From: Vicugna vicugna
Lineage: Eukaryota
DNA: 64,000 bases
NCBI GenBank assembly: GCA_013265495.1
Contig: MU057887.1
Span: forward strand, 445,985-509,984
Direction: 5' to 3'
Part shown: positions 24,031 to 36,776 of the stretch, piece by piece
Position numbering within the stretch: position 1 is the stretch's first letter
Layout: every line of letters starts with the position of its first letter
The notes under the pieces: generated by a model
Database searches by the model: none
The model's input: only the letters and a program-made list of their open reading frames with translations
Told to the model about the DNA's origin: nothing
Position numbers and translations under genes: made by a program

Positions 24031-25898
24031 AAATTGAGTTGTCTTATTATTGAGTTATATGAGTTCTTAGTATGTTCTAGACTGGGGCCTTAGTCAGATA
24101 CGTGCTTTGCAGGTTTCTCCCAGGCTGTGTGTTGCCCTTTGACTTTCATAGTGGTGTCTGTCCGTGACCCGACTTCCCTTTTCTTTACAGCCTCCCCACG
24201 CTCTCACACGTCTGTCTATTGCCCGTTTCTCTTTTACACCATCAGCTCCACCAGGGCAGGGGCTGGTTTTCCTACTGTGTCCTCAGCAACTAGCACAGTG
24301 GGTGTTCATGCCTGTCCCCCTGGCTGCTGGAGTGGGGCGGGGCCTGGACTGGGGAGTGGAGACCTCGGAGCAGCCTGCTGCAAACTCCCAGGCCAGCACC
24401 AAGGGGGCCTGAGCTGGAGCATGGAGGGTAGGCGGTGGGGGGAGGGCAGACAGAATGGCCAAGGAGGAGAGCCAGAGAGACTTTTCCAAGCTGTATGTGC
24501 CAAGCTCCCCTCCTCCCTTCTTCTCCTGCCGGCAAGCCCATCCTGCCAGCCACACATACCCCACCTGCTGCTCGGCCCTGGCATCACACTCCTACCTGCC
24601 AGCCTGTCCAGATGCAGGAACAGCACCAGGAGTTTCTAAAGGAAACTGAGGAGAGGGGAGGTGGGGGAAGGATCCAAAAGGCTTAATTAGCCTCTTTTCT
24701 GTTAGAATTTCTACAACCTTTGTGTGTGATGAGGCGATGCACACACGGTATACGGGGTGTGTGGTGTGTGTTATCTACTTAGGGTGTGGTCCAGAAGTGT
24801 ATGATACTTATATATCTGGCCTTTACACCCGTGCAGGGCATCTGGGTTTTATGATGTGGGCCTTTCCATGGCAACAGAGCAACATACTTCCTTTCTAGGA
24901 TGGAAGGATTGCCAGCTGGTCCCTGATGTCTTTTCTGTTTCCTCTTTGGAGCACCCTTTCTGGGGCCCCACCTGTGACTCTGACCCTGTTCTCCATTCTG
25001 ACAATGCAGTGCCCTTTCTGTAGCCAGACAGTCCCCAGCAGCAGTTCCCAGCAGACGCCCGCCTTCCAGCTTGGCCTCAATACTGTGGTCCTCTGGGTCT
25101 GTTTCTCAGTCTGCTAAAGGGAGTTAATAATACCTACTGCACAGATGACTGAGTATGAAGATGCGTGGGGAGAGCACATGGCACGGGGTAGGTGCTCGGT
25201 AAACAGCAGTGTACACACACACACAAGCATGTCCATTCCAGACGCTAATGTCCTACCGGGCAGCCCCTTGCCGTGTGCCCACGAGAGCGCCTGTGGCATG
25301 GAAATGAGTCAGGTCCAACCAGGAGCTCAGGGAGTCAAGCCTCGTGGTTTCACACACACACATTCACTCCTAGGTTCAGTCCACACTGAATGAGACATGC
25401 CTACAGCGGCCGGGTGGAGGCTGGGACATGGACTCCTACGCCATACAGCATCCACAACGCGTGACATACACATACACATCCACATACCAGCACGTGCTGG
25501 CCCCTGGCCCACCTGCCACACCACCGCCTTATCTGCTCTGAGTGCTCAAGGCGGCCAGCTGGCAGTGCCTCCCAGTACTTTTCCACCACTTGAGAGAAGC
25601 TGCATCTCTCATGGATACGGGTGGGAGGGGCATTCATTGTTCCTAAGGTGTCCCTTCTGCTGGCCTTGTCCTTGTAAGACTCCTTGGCTGAGTTGTTGGG
25701 TGGAGGGGCTGAGACTTCCAGCCTGTGCCTCAGCTGGAGCTGAACTGATTACTCCAGCTCCACCACCCTGGGATGCCCCGACCCCTGCACCTTGGGTCTG
25801 ACCTCTGACAGCCCCAAGCCCACAGGGTCCTATTTATCAAGGTCCATGCTGGGGTCTAGGGCCTTGAGGGTTTGGGCTGTGTCTCCTGCAGGTCCAGG

Positions 25899-26655
25899 TG
25901 TAAGAAGATTGGGAGTCTCTGGAGAAAGAGAATCAGGAACGACCTTCTTGACATAAGAGAAACCATTTTGGACTCAGCCACTTTGTGATCCAAGCCTGGT
26001 CACTATGCTTGCCCTTGAACAGGTCTCAGTAATCAATTATTTTTCTAATTAAAAAGAAAAATTTGGGGGGAGGTAATTAGGTTTGTTTGTTTGTTTACTT
26101 TTTTAAAGAAGGCACTGGGGATTGGACTCAGGACCTCCAGCATGCTAGGCATGCACTCTGCTACTGAGCTACTTACCCTCTCCCATTCCCCGTCAGTGAT
26201 CTTAAGAGAAATAAGGAAATGCAGGAACACAGGAAAAGCAGTCAAGAAACAATAGTTTAGCAATGAAACAGTCCTAGTCCCTTCTCCTGGGACGTATAGA
26301 ACAATCTGACATGGTCTTTGAGTTCTTGCAGGAACTAAGGCCCCCATCCAGGTAGAGGACAGAATGATGCTGCTGACCCTCCTGACTTCGGTCAGCTAAA
26401 GCTGGGGTATGTCGACCTTTGCCAAAATTCTATCTTGAATTCTCCTCTGCTCAAGCCTCTGCATGAATATGCATGTACCCTTCACTTCAAACTTCTGCAA
26501 CTTTGCTGTTGGGGAGATACTGCTTTGGGAGCGATCCCCAGTGTTCTCCTTTCTTGCTGCAAATAATAATGAGTCCTTCCTTTTCTTGCTCTTTGGCTCG
26601 GTTGTGTCTTTTGTCTCAACATCCACCAAGACTCCAGCCCAGCTTTCAGGTAACA
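25899..26655 (+). mobile_element. ERV1-class solo LTR with nested SINE
   Basis: TGTAAGAAG...TTTCAGGTAACA with a perfect 4-bp TSD CAGG (25895-25898 / 26656-26659). Confidence 0.78.
26061..26184 (-). mobile_element. tRNA-Ala-derived SINE (Vic-1-like) inside the LTR
   Basis: GGGGGGAGGTAATTAGGTTTG..GGCACTGGGGATTGGACTCAGGACC..CTACTGAGCTAC. Confidence 0.78.
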
Positions 26656-27779
26656 CAGGTGTCCAGCACCAGCACAGGTGCTCAGGAACTGAATTGCATG
26701 GCACTCCGATCCTGTGTCCCGGGCGTGGGGAGCTGTATCTAGCGGTGGTTACATGTGTCTTAGCCTCCTTATCTGGAATAATAATTATGGTGACTTCCTC
26801 ACAGGGTCGTTCCTAGGCTAAAGGAAGGAACCCAGGTAAAGGGCTCAGGCAACTGCTAGGCACCACATAGGAAGCCCTCCTCTGCTCCTCATTCCCCTGA
26901 GCCACTGGCCCTACAGTGTTCTGGGCTCTGGGCCCCTAAACATTCACAGGCTGCTGAAACTCACCAGCAAGACCTCCCTCGTGAATGGGAGGCTTCCTGT
27001 GGGGGTGGGGTGGGGTGCGGTATGTTAGCCAATTTTAAAACCAGCCCCTGGGGTGGGGGTGGGGAGTCCTAAGGAGGGTGGAAATAATCATTAACTCTGG
27101 CTTGGGCAGGGCAGGGAGGGTGGGTACGGGAAGGATGGGAAGGCTGGCAAGCGGAAGAGGCTTTTAATCCGGACATGTCTTGTACAAAGCAGGAAAAAGG
27201 CTTCCGGCCGCAGACAATGGGAGGAGGGGGCTCCCAGAATAATATCACTAGCGGACACTAAAACAGCTGCTTGCCCAGGTGCCAAGCCCATCTATGTGCA
27301 GTCACATTTGGTTCTCTCAACCACCTTAGGCGGGAGCACTAGCATCACCCCGTTTTACAGACGCGGAACCCAGGACACAGAGGGGCGTGAGGTCGCAGGG
27401 ACTCACGGGATCCGAACCTAAGCTTGTCCCATTCTCAGCCACCGGGCAAGAGTATTTCTTGATGAGGGAAGAGCACCGGGAGGACACTCACTCATTCACA
27501 AACATTTAGGCACCGATTGTGTGCCCAGATCCATTCTAGCTTCTGGTTATCCACGGGTGGTCCGGCTCTCACAGGGCGGCTAAGGAGAGACTGTAACAGG
27601 TGTACGTAATTTCAGAGAGTGGTAAGAACCTTGAAAGAAAAGAACCCGGGGCTAGGGGAGGGGATGGCGATTTTAGGTGGGCAGGGGTCTTTCGCAAGCC
27701 AGGCCTGTTTGGGGACCCGAGACCGGCCTGGGTCTGGACCCATCTCGGGTTGGAGACTTGAAGCTGTGCATGAGAGTGG

Positions 27780-28600
27780 TGCGGGACGTGGCTGCAGAGG
27801 GGCGCTTCCGATAGCACTTAATGCTCGCCACGTGTCTGCAAAGCGCACCTGCGCCCATTTCGCAGATGAAGAAACCGAAGACGCGCTGAGAGCGCGGGGG
27901 CAGGCAAGGAGCCGACTGAGGTTCGGAATCGCGAGCGCTCTCGCCGCACTCCACCGCGCATGCGCCAGAGGTAGGGCGGGACCTGAGTGGGAGGGCGGGG
28001 CCAGCCGCTCGGGCGGGGGGCGGGGCCTCCGGCCTCTGCCGGGCCGTTGCTTTCTGGGCGGAACCTTCGCGCGGCTAGGGCGGGCGCGCGGGGGAAGGAT
28101 TTGCGGCGCCGGGGCGGCCGGCCTCCACGGGAGTCGCTGCTGAGGGCTTCGCGGCGTCGGCTCCGGCTCCGGCTCCGGCTCCCACCCGAGGTCCGCGTAC
28201 TGTCCCCCTCTCCGCGGACCGCCTTCGGCCCGGCCCAGCCCAGCGCAACGGGCGCGCGGCCGCCCAGAGCCCGGAAGATTTGGACCGCTGAGTCGGAGTT
28301 GGCGGCGGAAGCGCGACCTCCGACCAGCGTCTCGGCGGCGCCGCAGGTGAGCTGGCAGGTGGGGGAGGCCCGGGGGTGCCGGGTAGAGAGCCCCTCAAGA
28401 CCCCGAGGCCCTCAGGAACCGTCCCGCACCCACAGGACCCCCGGCTCCCGCCACTCTGGATCCACAACCACCTCAAGGACCTCGACAGATCTCGCTCGGT
28501 TCCCAGGACTTCCCCTCTTCTCTTGGGAACCTCAGCCCCCGAGACCCCTCGGGATCCGCCCCGGCCGCTCCAGGACCCCTAGTCCCGGCCACCTCTAGCC
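27780..28600 (+). promoter_or_regulatory. FAM118A: FAM118A CpG-island promoter
   Basis: Very CpG-dense. Perfect NRF1-type palindrome GCGCATGCGC at 27956-27965 and multiple GGGCGG Sp/KLF boxes ~27974-28027. TATA-less. Confidence 0.85.
28050..28346 (+). other. FAM118A: FAM118A non-coding exon 1 (5' start approximate)
   Basis: Strong donor CAG|GTGAGC at 28346/28347 within the CpG island. The next acceptor of the gene is at 38645, 9 nt before the ATG. Confidence 0.65.
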
Positions 28601-28765
28601 CCTTCACTTTCAGGACTCTCAAGCCCCGAAACCCTTCAGGATTTCCCCTAGACTCCGAGACCTCCTGAGGACCTCCTGACTCTTAAGGGCCCCGAGACCC
28701 TTTAGGATCCTCATGTCCAGAAACCCCCCAAGAGTCCCTCAGGACCCCCGAGATCGTCCCAGATT
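28390..28765 (+). repeat. Degenerate C-rich tandem repeat (CCTCAGGACCCC/CCGAGACCC-like units)
   Basis: Recurring CAGGAC(C/T)C and CCGAGACC words throughout the start of intron 1. Confidence 0.5.
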
Positions 28766-30748
28766 TTCCCATCCCCAGGCCTCCACAGAACTCCCCTGGG
28801 CCGTGAGGCCCTCCGTGCCATCTCTCCTTAGCCCCCGAGGCCCCTGGGCCGCCATCCCCACCCTCGGCATCTGCCCTGCCCTCTTTGTCACCTGCGCTGA
28901 GGTTCAGGCCCCTTTTGGTTCTTCCTTCGCGCTGGTCTCAATGCTGGGTTTCTCTGGCCTGAGATCTGGGGGCCCATGGGTGCTCTGTGAAAGTATTCCA
29001 TGGGGGTTGTGAATTCTTGATAACATAAAAGATGTAGAGACATATAATGGGTCACCTGATGACTCTTTGTAACCACTCAGGGGCTATGATCTTAGCACTT
29101 TGTGTTTACTGTTGCATTGAGGCCAAAGCAGGACAGTGTTTAACTTTTAATGCTCTTTGGTGAGACTCGTATGGCCCCACAGAAGAGCCCAGAGATCAGA
29201 TCTGATGTGGAGGGAGGCAGAGCTAAGTAGGTGAGGGACTTGGGGCATTTTTTGAAGTTCTCTCCTCTTAATTTTTTCATTCACAGAGCTAACATTTTTT
29301 AAAATGGCTGTGATGCCAGAGAATTGTTTGGAGGTGATATGGACCAGGGTGGTGGCAGTGAGGACTGTGGCTTCCTCAAGCATGGCTAAGCTTCTTAAAG
29401 TCCAGACCCAAAAGACTAGTTTCCAAGAATTGGCACTGGAGCTGGAGATGACAGTCCCTGCTCTCAGAGCCGTACTGGAGGGAGTAGTCAAGCAAGTACG
29501 TAGTTTTAATAACGTGGTAACAGTGTAGTGGCACTGCACTTAGCTGGGGGTGCGCATCGGATTCTCAGGAAGGGGTGCTATGGAGGGCTTCTTGGAGGGA
29601 AGGAGGAGTGACCAGTAATCTTGAAGGTGGAGGTTGAGGAGAAGTTTGCCAGGGTCATTCCAGGAAAAGGACTGTATGCAAAAAGGCTTTGAGGCACACC
29701 ACAAAGCACATCCGATTCTGGAAACCAAGAAGTGTGGCTAAAGAGGTCATATCTTCCTAAGAACAAGGTCCTCAGGGTGCTCTTAGAGGGACTCTTAAGT
29801 GGAAAGAATCCAGCTTTATTCCCGGAGGCCCACCCTGCCCCTGGCCCTTTCTTGGGTTCCTGCTTCCACCATCGCCCTGAGTAAGTGGTGATCCAGCTCA
29901 GAGCCGAAGGAAAATGGGAGTTGGTCAATAGAGAGGAGACCAGAATGGGAGAAACTGGGACATTTGGCAGAGGGCAGGGCTTGAGACAGAAGTCCCAAAG
30001 AGTGAGGAGCTTCTGAAGCCCAGGAGAGGATTTGGCACCTGAAGGGAGTGGGGGGCCATTGAGGGGCTTAAGGAGGGGAGTGAAGATGGTTTTTGTGGTT
30101 TTGAACAGTCACTGGCTCTGGTGTGGGAGAATGGTTTGGGGGAAGCAAGACCACAGGAGTGGGGAAGGTGACCTGGACCAGGGTGGTGGTAGTGAGGACC
30201 GTGGCGTCCTCTTAAAGTTTAGACCCAAAATACTTTGTTCCAGTTGTTTCCTGTCTCAGCCTTCAGTTTTCTGCCCAGGGATTGACTCTGGAACTTTGTT
30301 ACTCCCGTTAGGCGAGATTTTGTCCTTTTGCCCACAGGGCAGGTCGCCTTGGGCCTTGTCACGGTGACTGTGTCTGTGTGGCAGAGTGAGCCCAGCGTCC
30401 ACGCAGGAGGTGCACAGTGGTGCAGTGGGCCTGGGGACGAGAGGCTGAGGCTGAGGCTGAGATGTAACCAGATCATGGAGCACTGGGAAGCTGGGCTCGG
30501 GGTCCTGAAGGAACTGGAAGGCCTTTGAAGGAGAGTTCAGATGTGTTGTGTCAGAAGCGTCATTCTGGAGACTGTGGGACCAGAGAGGCTGAAGCTGGAA
30601 GCAGGGTGGCTGCCAGCAGTCCAGACAAGCTGTGAGGACTGTGAGGCAGTGATAGAGAGTGTGGTTTAGAGAGCGATTTAGGGAGAGAAATCCACAGGAC
30701 TTGTTTTTGAAGTCTGGGCTTGGCCGAGGGGAGGGAGACTGCAGGATA

Positions 30749-30900
30749 ACGCTGTACAATAGAACTTTCCGTGATGATGAAAGTGATCTGTATGGGTGCT
30801 CTTCAGTACACGCGACACGTGTCTCTGTCAAGCACTTAAAAGTGACTAGTGTGATGGAGGAACTGAGTTGTAAATTTTATTTAATTTTAATTGACTAAAT
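30749..30900 (+). mobile_element. MER3-like hAT-Charlie element
   Basis: GCTGTACAATAGAACTTTCCGTGATGATG..AGCACTTAAAAGTGACTAGTG..GAGGAACTGA..AATTTTATTTAATTTTAATT. Confidence 0.75.
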
Positions 30901-33900
30901 CCTGGAAGGATACCCATCACATCCATGGGGCGTAGTGGGAATCACACTGCTGTAGGCTTTGTTCTTCTAAAGGTTACCCCTTTTAATGTTTTCAGCATCC
31001 CTGGGATATAAGATACTATTTTTTTTAACAGATAAAGGAAATAAAGCTCAGAGAGTCTAACTTACTCCCATATTAATTAGTACAGGCAGTTCCCGGTTTA
31101 ACTTCTAAGCCTGGACTCTCTGCAAGACTCTTCTTCCTCCCACAAGGAGCCTGCAGGTCTCTTTCCTAGGAGAATGAGGTGCTCTCGGTGGCTTTGTTTC
31201 CAAGCTGAGCCCTCCTTATCTGGTCCCCGCTAAAGTTAATGCAGACAGCTGTGTGATAAGCCGGCCTGGGGACCAAACAGAAAACTGTGCGAGCTGCTTG
31301 TTTTGCCCGAGGCTTCTTGCTGCCTCTCAGATCTTCCTCATGGCCATTTCTATTTACATTTCTGGAAGATGACCGGGGTTAGGAAGCGGGTGAACCTGCA
31401 GATCAGCCTAACTGCCGCTTGGTATTTGTAAAGATTTGGTGGTGAAAAGAGGTGAAAATGAGTGCCTTACATGGAGTTTTGGGGTCGCAGTGGACCAAGT
31501 GGTGTCCAGGATAGTGGCGAGCTTGGGGGACATGAGCCAGGAGTGAGTGTGTAGCCTGCCCCTGACTCCCTGATTCCCAGGGGTACCTTCAAGTCACTGC
31601 CTCTCAGAGTCTCAATTTTCACAACTATAAAATAGGGTATTTGGCCTCACATAACCGTTAAGATCACTCCAGCTCTAAGATTCTATAATTTATGTTTCAT
31701 TGGAGGTTCACTGTCTAGAACATCTCTTATTCCTCTTAGGATGGATAAATGCTGGAGGTTCAGCATGCCTTTGACCTCTGTATTGGTGTATTTTTACCAT
31801 TATTGGCTTATTAAGTAGCGTGTCTATTTGAGTTGTGCAACGTGTCACGTCTGATGAATGAACTGTTAAAACAGCGAACGCTTTAGCTGTTGGCAGTGTT
31901 CCTAGTAAAATGTCAGGTATATTTGTTTGCTCTGCTGAGCTGCAAGGATGTTAGGAGAAAGCGTGCCGAACTGCATTTGCCCTGCATTTGCCCTGGTGGT
32001 TGGCCTCTTAAAAGGGTTTAATGTCAGCCTTGGCCAGGTGAGAGGTAAGAGCCACTTCACAGGGTTGTTAGGAGAGGATTGAATGAGATAAGGCGTGTAA
32101 AGTGCTTAGTACTTTTCCTTGAATCTAATTAGGGTGTAGAAAGTGTCACTAATTAATGTTGCTTTTTGAACTAAATGTGACCGTTACATTTTTTATTAAT
32201 GGTGGGTTTTGTTGTTTTCTTGATTTGAGCATGTGTGCCCAAGCAACTCTGTTTGAAGGTCTGCTGATTTCAAGAAGCAGATAAACATATTTAGGTCATT
32301 ACAAAATAAGCATTTTTCCTCCACCACAGCTTACTTTGACTGAATGAAAAATCACTGGTTAAGTAGCATGTTTTCGAATTAACGTTTTGTACATTTTTTG
32401 TAAATTTTGTTTTCCTGTAAATTGAGGAAAGCAATCCATCCTGAAGATCCCTTGCTGGTCGGGCCTGGGTTTCAGTTCCGTCGGAACCGAGTTGAAGTGA
32501 AGATGCAGTTGTGGGGGCCGCCCTGGGAAAGCAGTGTTGAATGAAAGCTGGCTGTTGCTGAGGGAGATAGGCTGGTAGTTCATAGTCAGGGATAAACATC
32601 TTGTGTTAATTACCTTTCAGATATTGACTCACTTAAAATCTTCACAAGAGTCCAATCAGTGTGGATGATGGCATTCCCACTTGACAGACTTGAAAACTGA
32701 GGTTTGGAAGGGTCTCAGGGCTTGGGATGTGGTGTCTCCTGGCTCCAGGTCCTGTGTTTTCTCCACCACAGCCCCAGCGCCAGCGCTGCTCCAGTGCTGC
32801 CCCAGGTGTTGTTGTGGTGTCAGGGTGAGCCTCTCCTTTGCAGTCCTGGAAGCTTAATTTCTTCCATTTGCGCCTTGTTTCTAGCTCAGGTGAACCTAGT
32901 GATGCTCATCAAGCTCTCCAGCAGTGCCAGGTGATTCAGGAAGTCTGACTGTCAAAGGTACTTGAAAACTTACTCTTGTTGCCCAATGATTTCTGCTTCT
33001 GTTCCCTCCTCCTGAGTCATCACGGGGAACCAGATTGCTATGGAAAAGGCAGCTTGTGGCAGTCAGATCAGGGTAAGGGGTGAGGGTGATGTTAACAACC
33101 ATGTGAGTCAGTGTCAGGGAGCTGTGAGTTGAATAGCCACAGGCCCTCCCCTGTATATTGCCGTAAAGTGCTTATCGGTGCAGGGAAGAGCTTGTTTTAT
33201 GGCTGGAGGCCTCAGACCTGCCAAGGTGTAGTCGGTGTGCAATGGGTTTGGCTTCCTTTAAGCCATTCCAGTCCTTGGGAACCACAGTAGTTATATGGAT
33301 TACACTTAATACTAGTATTTTCAGGTCTCCTGTCTCCTGTGAGTAGCTGATTTATAAATCATTTCTTAGTGTGGGTTACTTTTGTAACAGTAGCAGAATG
33401 ATAATATTGAGGGTGAGAGCTTGCTGTGTGGCCGGCCTGTCCAGGAATCAAGTCATTTGCAGTCCCAGTGGCCTGGGGGCATCTTAGTTCATCACTGTAT
33501 GCATCGGCTACAGATGAGTTAAAACCCACCCTTTGGAAATTTTGATGAATATTTTCGATATACCCTCCCCTGCTGTGTAAGAGGGGTGTATTGAGAGTGT
33601 ATGTCTGCTGTGCGCCCCTCTTCCTTCGTTGTAAGGGGCTGTACAATGGGGAGCACTCATCTCCACGTTCTCTTATACTGCTCAAAATCCATGTCATTAT
33701 GTATAGAAAGAAATGAAGAGATTTTCCTAAGGATATTTTTGAGGGTCCTCCAGACTTGAAACTTCTAATTCATGGTTTGTGCTTGATAAGTGAAGGTGTG
33801 ATTTGTAATAGAAAGTGATTAGTTTTAATTTAAGTTTTTCTATTATGCGCCTTGTAATATATTCCTATTCTTGACATTTTCTCCCTCCCTTTCAAACTTT

Positions 33901-33989
33901 ATGGACTCTTTCACTCATTGATCTGTGCCTTTTTTTTTTTGGTCTTGATACTGTTGTCTTCTTTCCCACCCCTCTGCTCTTTCTGGCAG

Positions 33990-34340
33990 CGTAGAACCTG
34001 GATGAGTGCTTCAAAGAACGGCCAGTTCTGTAGATCCGCGCTGGGCCTGGTCCAGCAGGTCTTGCTGGGGTCACGCAGTTGTGGTCCTCTAGCTGCTGCA
34101 CCGGCACTGAATGGCTCTGGTAGCCGTGCCCATCTGCTAGGTGATTAGTGCTGCTTGTCAGCTGGGGTACCTTGGCTCCCCACTGGGGGCTAGACTGGGC
34201 TCCACGAGGCCGAGTTCCAGGAGCAGGCTCCAGTGTCAGTGTGCTTGTCACACGCTTGCCTGCCGACATCCCCTTGGCCAAGGAAGTCACATGACCAAGC
34301 CCAGCGTCAGGGAGGGAGGGGACTGAACTGTGTAAGAGCC
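33990..34340 (-). mobile_element. Old MaLR LTR remnant (MLT1J/K-like)
   Basis: TTGGCCAAGGAAGTCACATGACCAAGCCCAG resembles antisense MLT1; heavily diverged. Confidence 0.45.
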
Positions 34341-36776
34341 GGTACCGGGAGGCGCGATGGGGGAGGTGGTTAGTAAGCTACCGCAGTGGAGCTGGGGCGT
34401 TGGGGTGGGGGCTTTGTTCTGCCAGCTGTGAGTGACAAGTTCCGTATCTGTAGTTTATTCTAGTTTGCATTCAACTTAGTTTGATGAGCATTTATTTAGT
34501 GCTGGGTGCTGGGCAAGAATAAGGCAGTCTCTGGCTGCTCTTTATTTCCGTTCGTAAGCACTTATGTTCTCACATTTAAGCAGAAAGCGTCCTGTCAGAC
34601 CTTCACTCATGGCTTCAGATGAAGAGGACGGAACTATTTATACAAATCTGTGCTGGGGCGTGATTTTGCTTTCAGGAAATGCTGATAGGTCCTTGAAAAA
34701 AAAAATGGGTTGCTATGATGACTTGGCTTCGGGCCTGCAAACTGTGGTGACGACATAATCACCAAGGAAACCAAAAGATGCAGCTTCTAAAAGGTCTCGG
34801 AAGGCTTTTGTTACTGCAGTCTGGAAGCGGACTGGCTCGGAAGAACCGCGGTGAGGCTCGCTGTCCTACAGAAACTTCCAGGGGCAGGTACTAAGTGCTT
34901 TGGAACCTCTTGCTTGGTCCTCGATTTCCAAACCAGAAGGGCTTGGGGTGCTTTCTAAGTCATTGTGAGGTTTGGCTCCGATAATTATGTTGCTGAAAGA
35001 ACAGGAAATGAGGTAATGTCTTTATAAACTTGTTATAATGAACTGTAAATGTCTAAATATGGGCAGCTATGCGTTCATCACTAGAGTTATTGTGCTGAGA
35101 TTTAGCTAACTGGGTACTTCCTGTGTTGGCTGCTTTGATTCTTAAAGTATTAAAGCCTTGAGGCACATCTGCCGGCTGAGTCTGGAGCCTGCGCGGCTCG
35201 GCTGGAAGTGCTGAGGACATCCAGGCTCAGGAGCAGAGAGAGGCTTGAGCACTAAAACCAGCACCGAACTACACAGGAGTGTATGCGCGCACCTGTTACG
35301 TAAGTGTTCAGTGCTGGTAGTGATAACTTGTTCTTCTGGAAAACTTTGAAATCACTTAATTTTGGAGTTAAGTCCAGCCCACAGAAGTTTAGTTTACTCA
35401 GACTTTTTGCAGATACGTAAATGTTTGGGTTTTCAGTTTGTTTTTATGATCATGCATATTCGGAGCATCAGAAGCAGTTGAACAATAATTGAAAGAACTA
35501 GAGAGAGATTTTTAAAGTTCTTCACAATAGTAATGGTTTGGGGCATGTGATTTCTTAAGTCATTGGTTAACCAGAGACTTTAAAAAAAACGCTGTTGGAT
35601 GTTGTGTGGAGCAGGGTGAGTTGAGAGTCCCTCCCAGGTGGGAAGGAGTAACTGTTTTCAAGTGATGCAGGTTGTTTGGGGGGCAGTTGGATTAGTCAGT
35701 CGGTAAGCATCTGGCATTAACTTCTCACATAGGATTGAGTAAGAGTGACTCGGGGTTCCGTCCTGCAGTGGGAGGTTGAGAAGGGAGTCTGTGGGCGCCT
35801 GAGCTCTTTGACTTGGCAGTTTGAGTCCAGAACACGTCATATGAGAGATTCTCAAGCTTTCGAAACTCGGTCAGTTAAAAGATTTCCTATTTTATAGCTG
35901 TTAAACCTGAGGACTGGCGAGTAGTTAGGTCAGTCACTGAGATCTCTGGGCTGGGGCCCAAGGTCGCTTATACTAGCGGTTACATAACACAGTGGAAAAC
36001 CTCAATATTTGTTCCTTTCCTGAGAGACTATCTAGAAACAGATGACCTGGATGGTGACCCGCAGCGGGAGGGGCGATGGGGCTGAGCACTAGCCTTGGGC
36101 GGGCGACAGGCATCTGTGAGCAGCGTTTTCCTCACCTGCACACTGTGGGCTCTTAACATTTGGGGAAAGGTCACAGACCCTTGGGGAGTTTGATGGAAGC
36201 TCCGAGCCTTTGCCCTGGGTTGGGGTGGGGGGTCGGGGGGTTCACTGGCATGTACAGGAAGTTGTATCTGCATCTTCGGGGCTATTCTTAGGGCCGTGTT
36301 TAGCTTTAAAATCTAATAATGCTGCTCATAGACTGATGAAGCCTTGTCTCCTTACCCTGGAGAATTCCTTCTGGTGACCTGATTCTAACTGAGGGGAAAA
36401 AGATTACACTTGTGAAAAGGTGCTTTTCAGTCAGTGTGCGTAGGAGATGCAGAGAGGGCCCTGGTGTATTCTGCTGACCGCTGTTCTGGAAAGCAGTTTG
36501 ACAGTGTGTGCTGAGGTGTTGTACAGAGTCCATGTTCTTTAACTCAGCAGTTCTGCTTTTCAGAAATCTCTCCTGAATAGATAATTTCAAAATAGATAAA
36601 AAGCCTTGTGCACAAAGATGGTTGTCAGCGTTACGGTAACATCCTGCACTGGGGATGTAGATAATGTCAGTAACGAGGAGGTTCATGTATGCAGGTACTG
36701 CACTTGTGTTTATGAACAGTTTAATAATGTGAGGGAGATGCTTTTATTATAATGCATGAAAAAAGGAGGACATGGC

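Larger units (their letters stand above)
21035..24130 (-). mobile_element. Nested cluster of old L1M and younger L1 3' fragments with four SINEs
   Basis: Repeated antisense L1 motifs (TTCTAGAATTTCATATAAATGGAA; TTGAATATAGTTCCCTGTGCTAT; AGATTCCACATATAAGTGATATC; CATCCTCACCAGCACTTGG). Boundaries approximate. Confidence 0.7.

Noticed and set aside
27619..28598. 174-203 aa Arg/Pro/Gly-rich ORFs at the FAM118A 5' end
   Set aside because: Typical stop-poor CpG-island artefacts; the recognisable FAM118A start is ATG 38654.
32661..32703. ATGATG...CTGA resembling a C/D box snoRNA
   Set aside because: Too short, no terminal stem, and the sequence matches a MIR fragment (CCCACTTGACAGA..AAACTGAGG).
34564..34758. 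ORF containing MASDEEDGT, reminiscent of a known protein segment
   Set aside because: Similarity does not extend beyond a few residues; no processed-pseudogene hallmarks.
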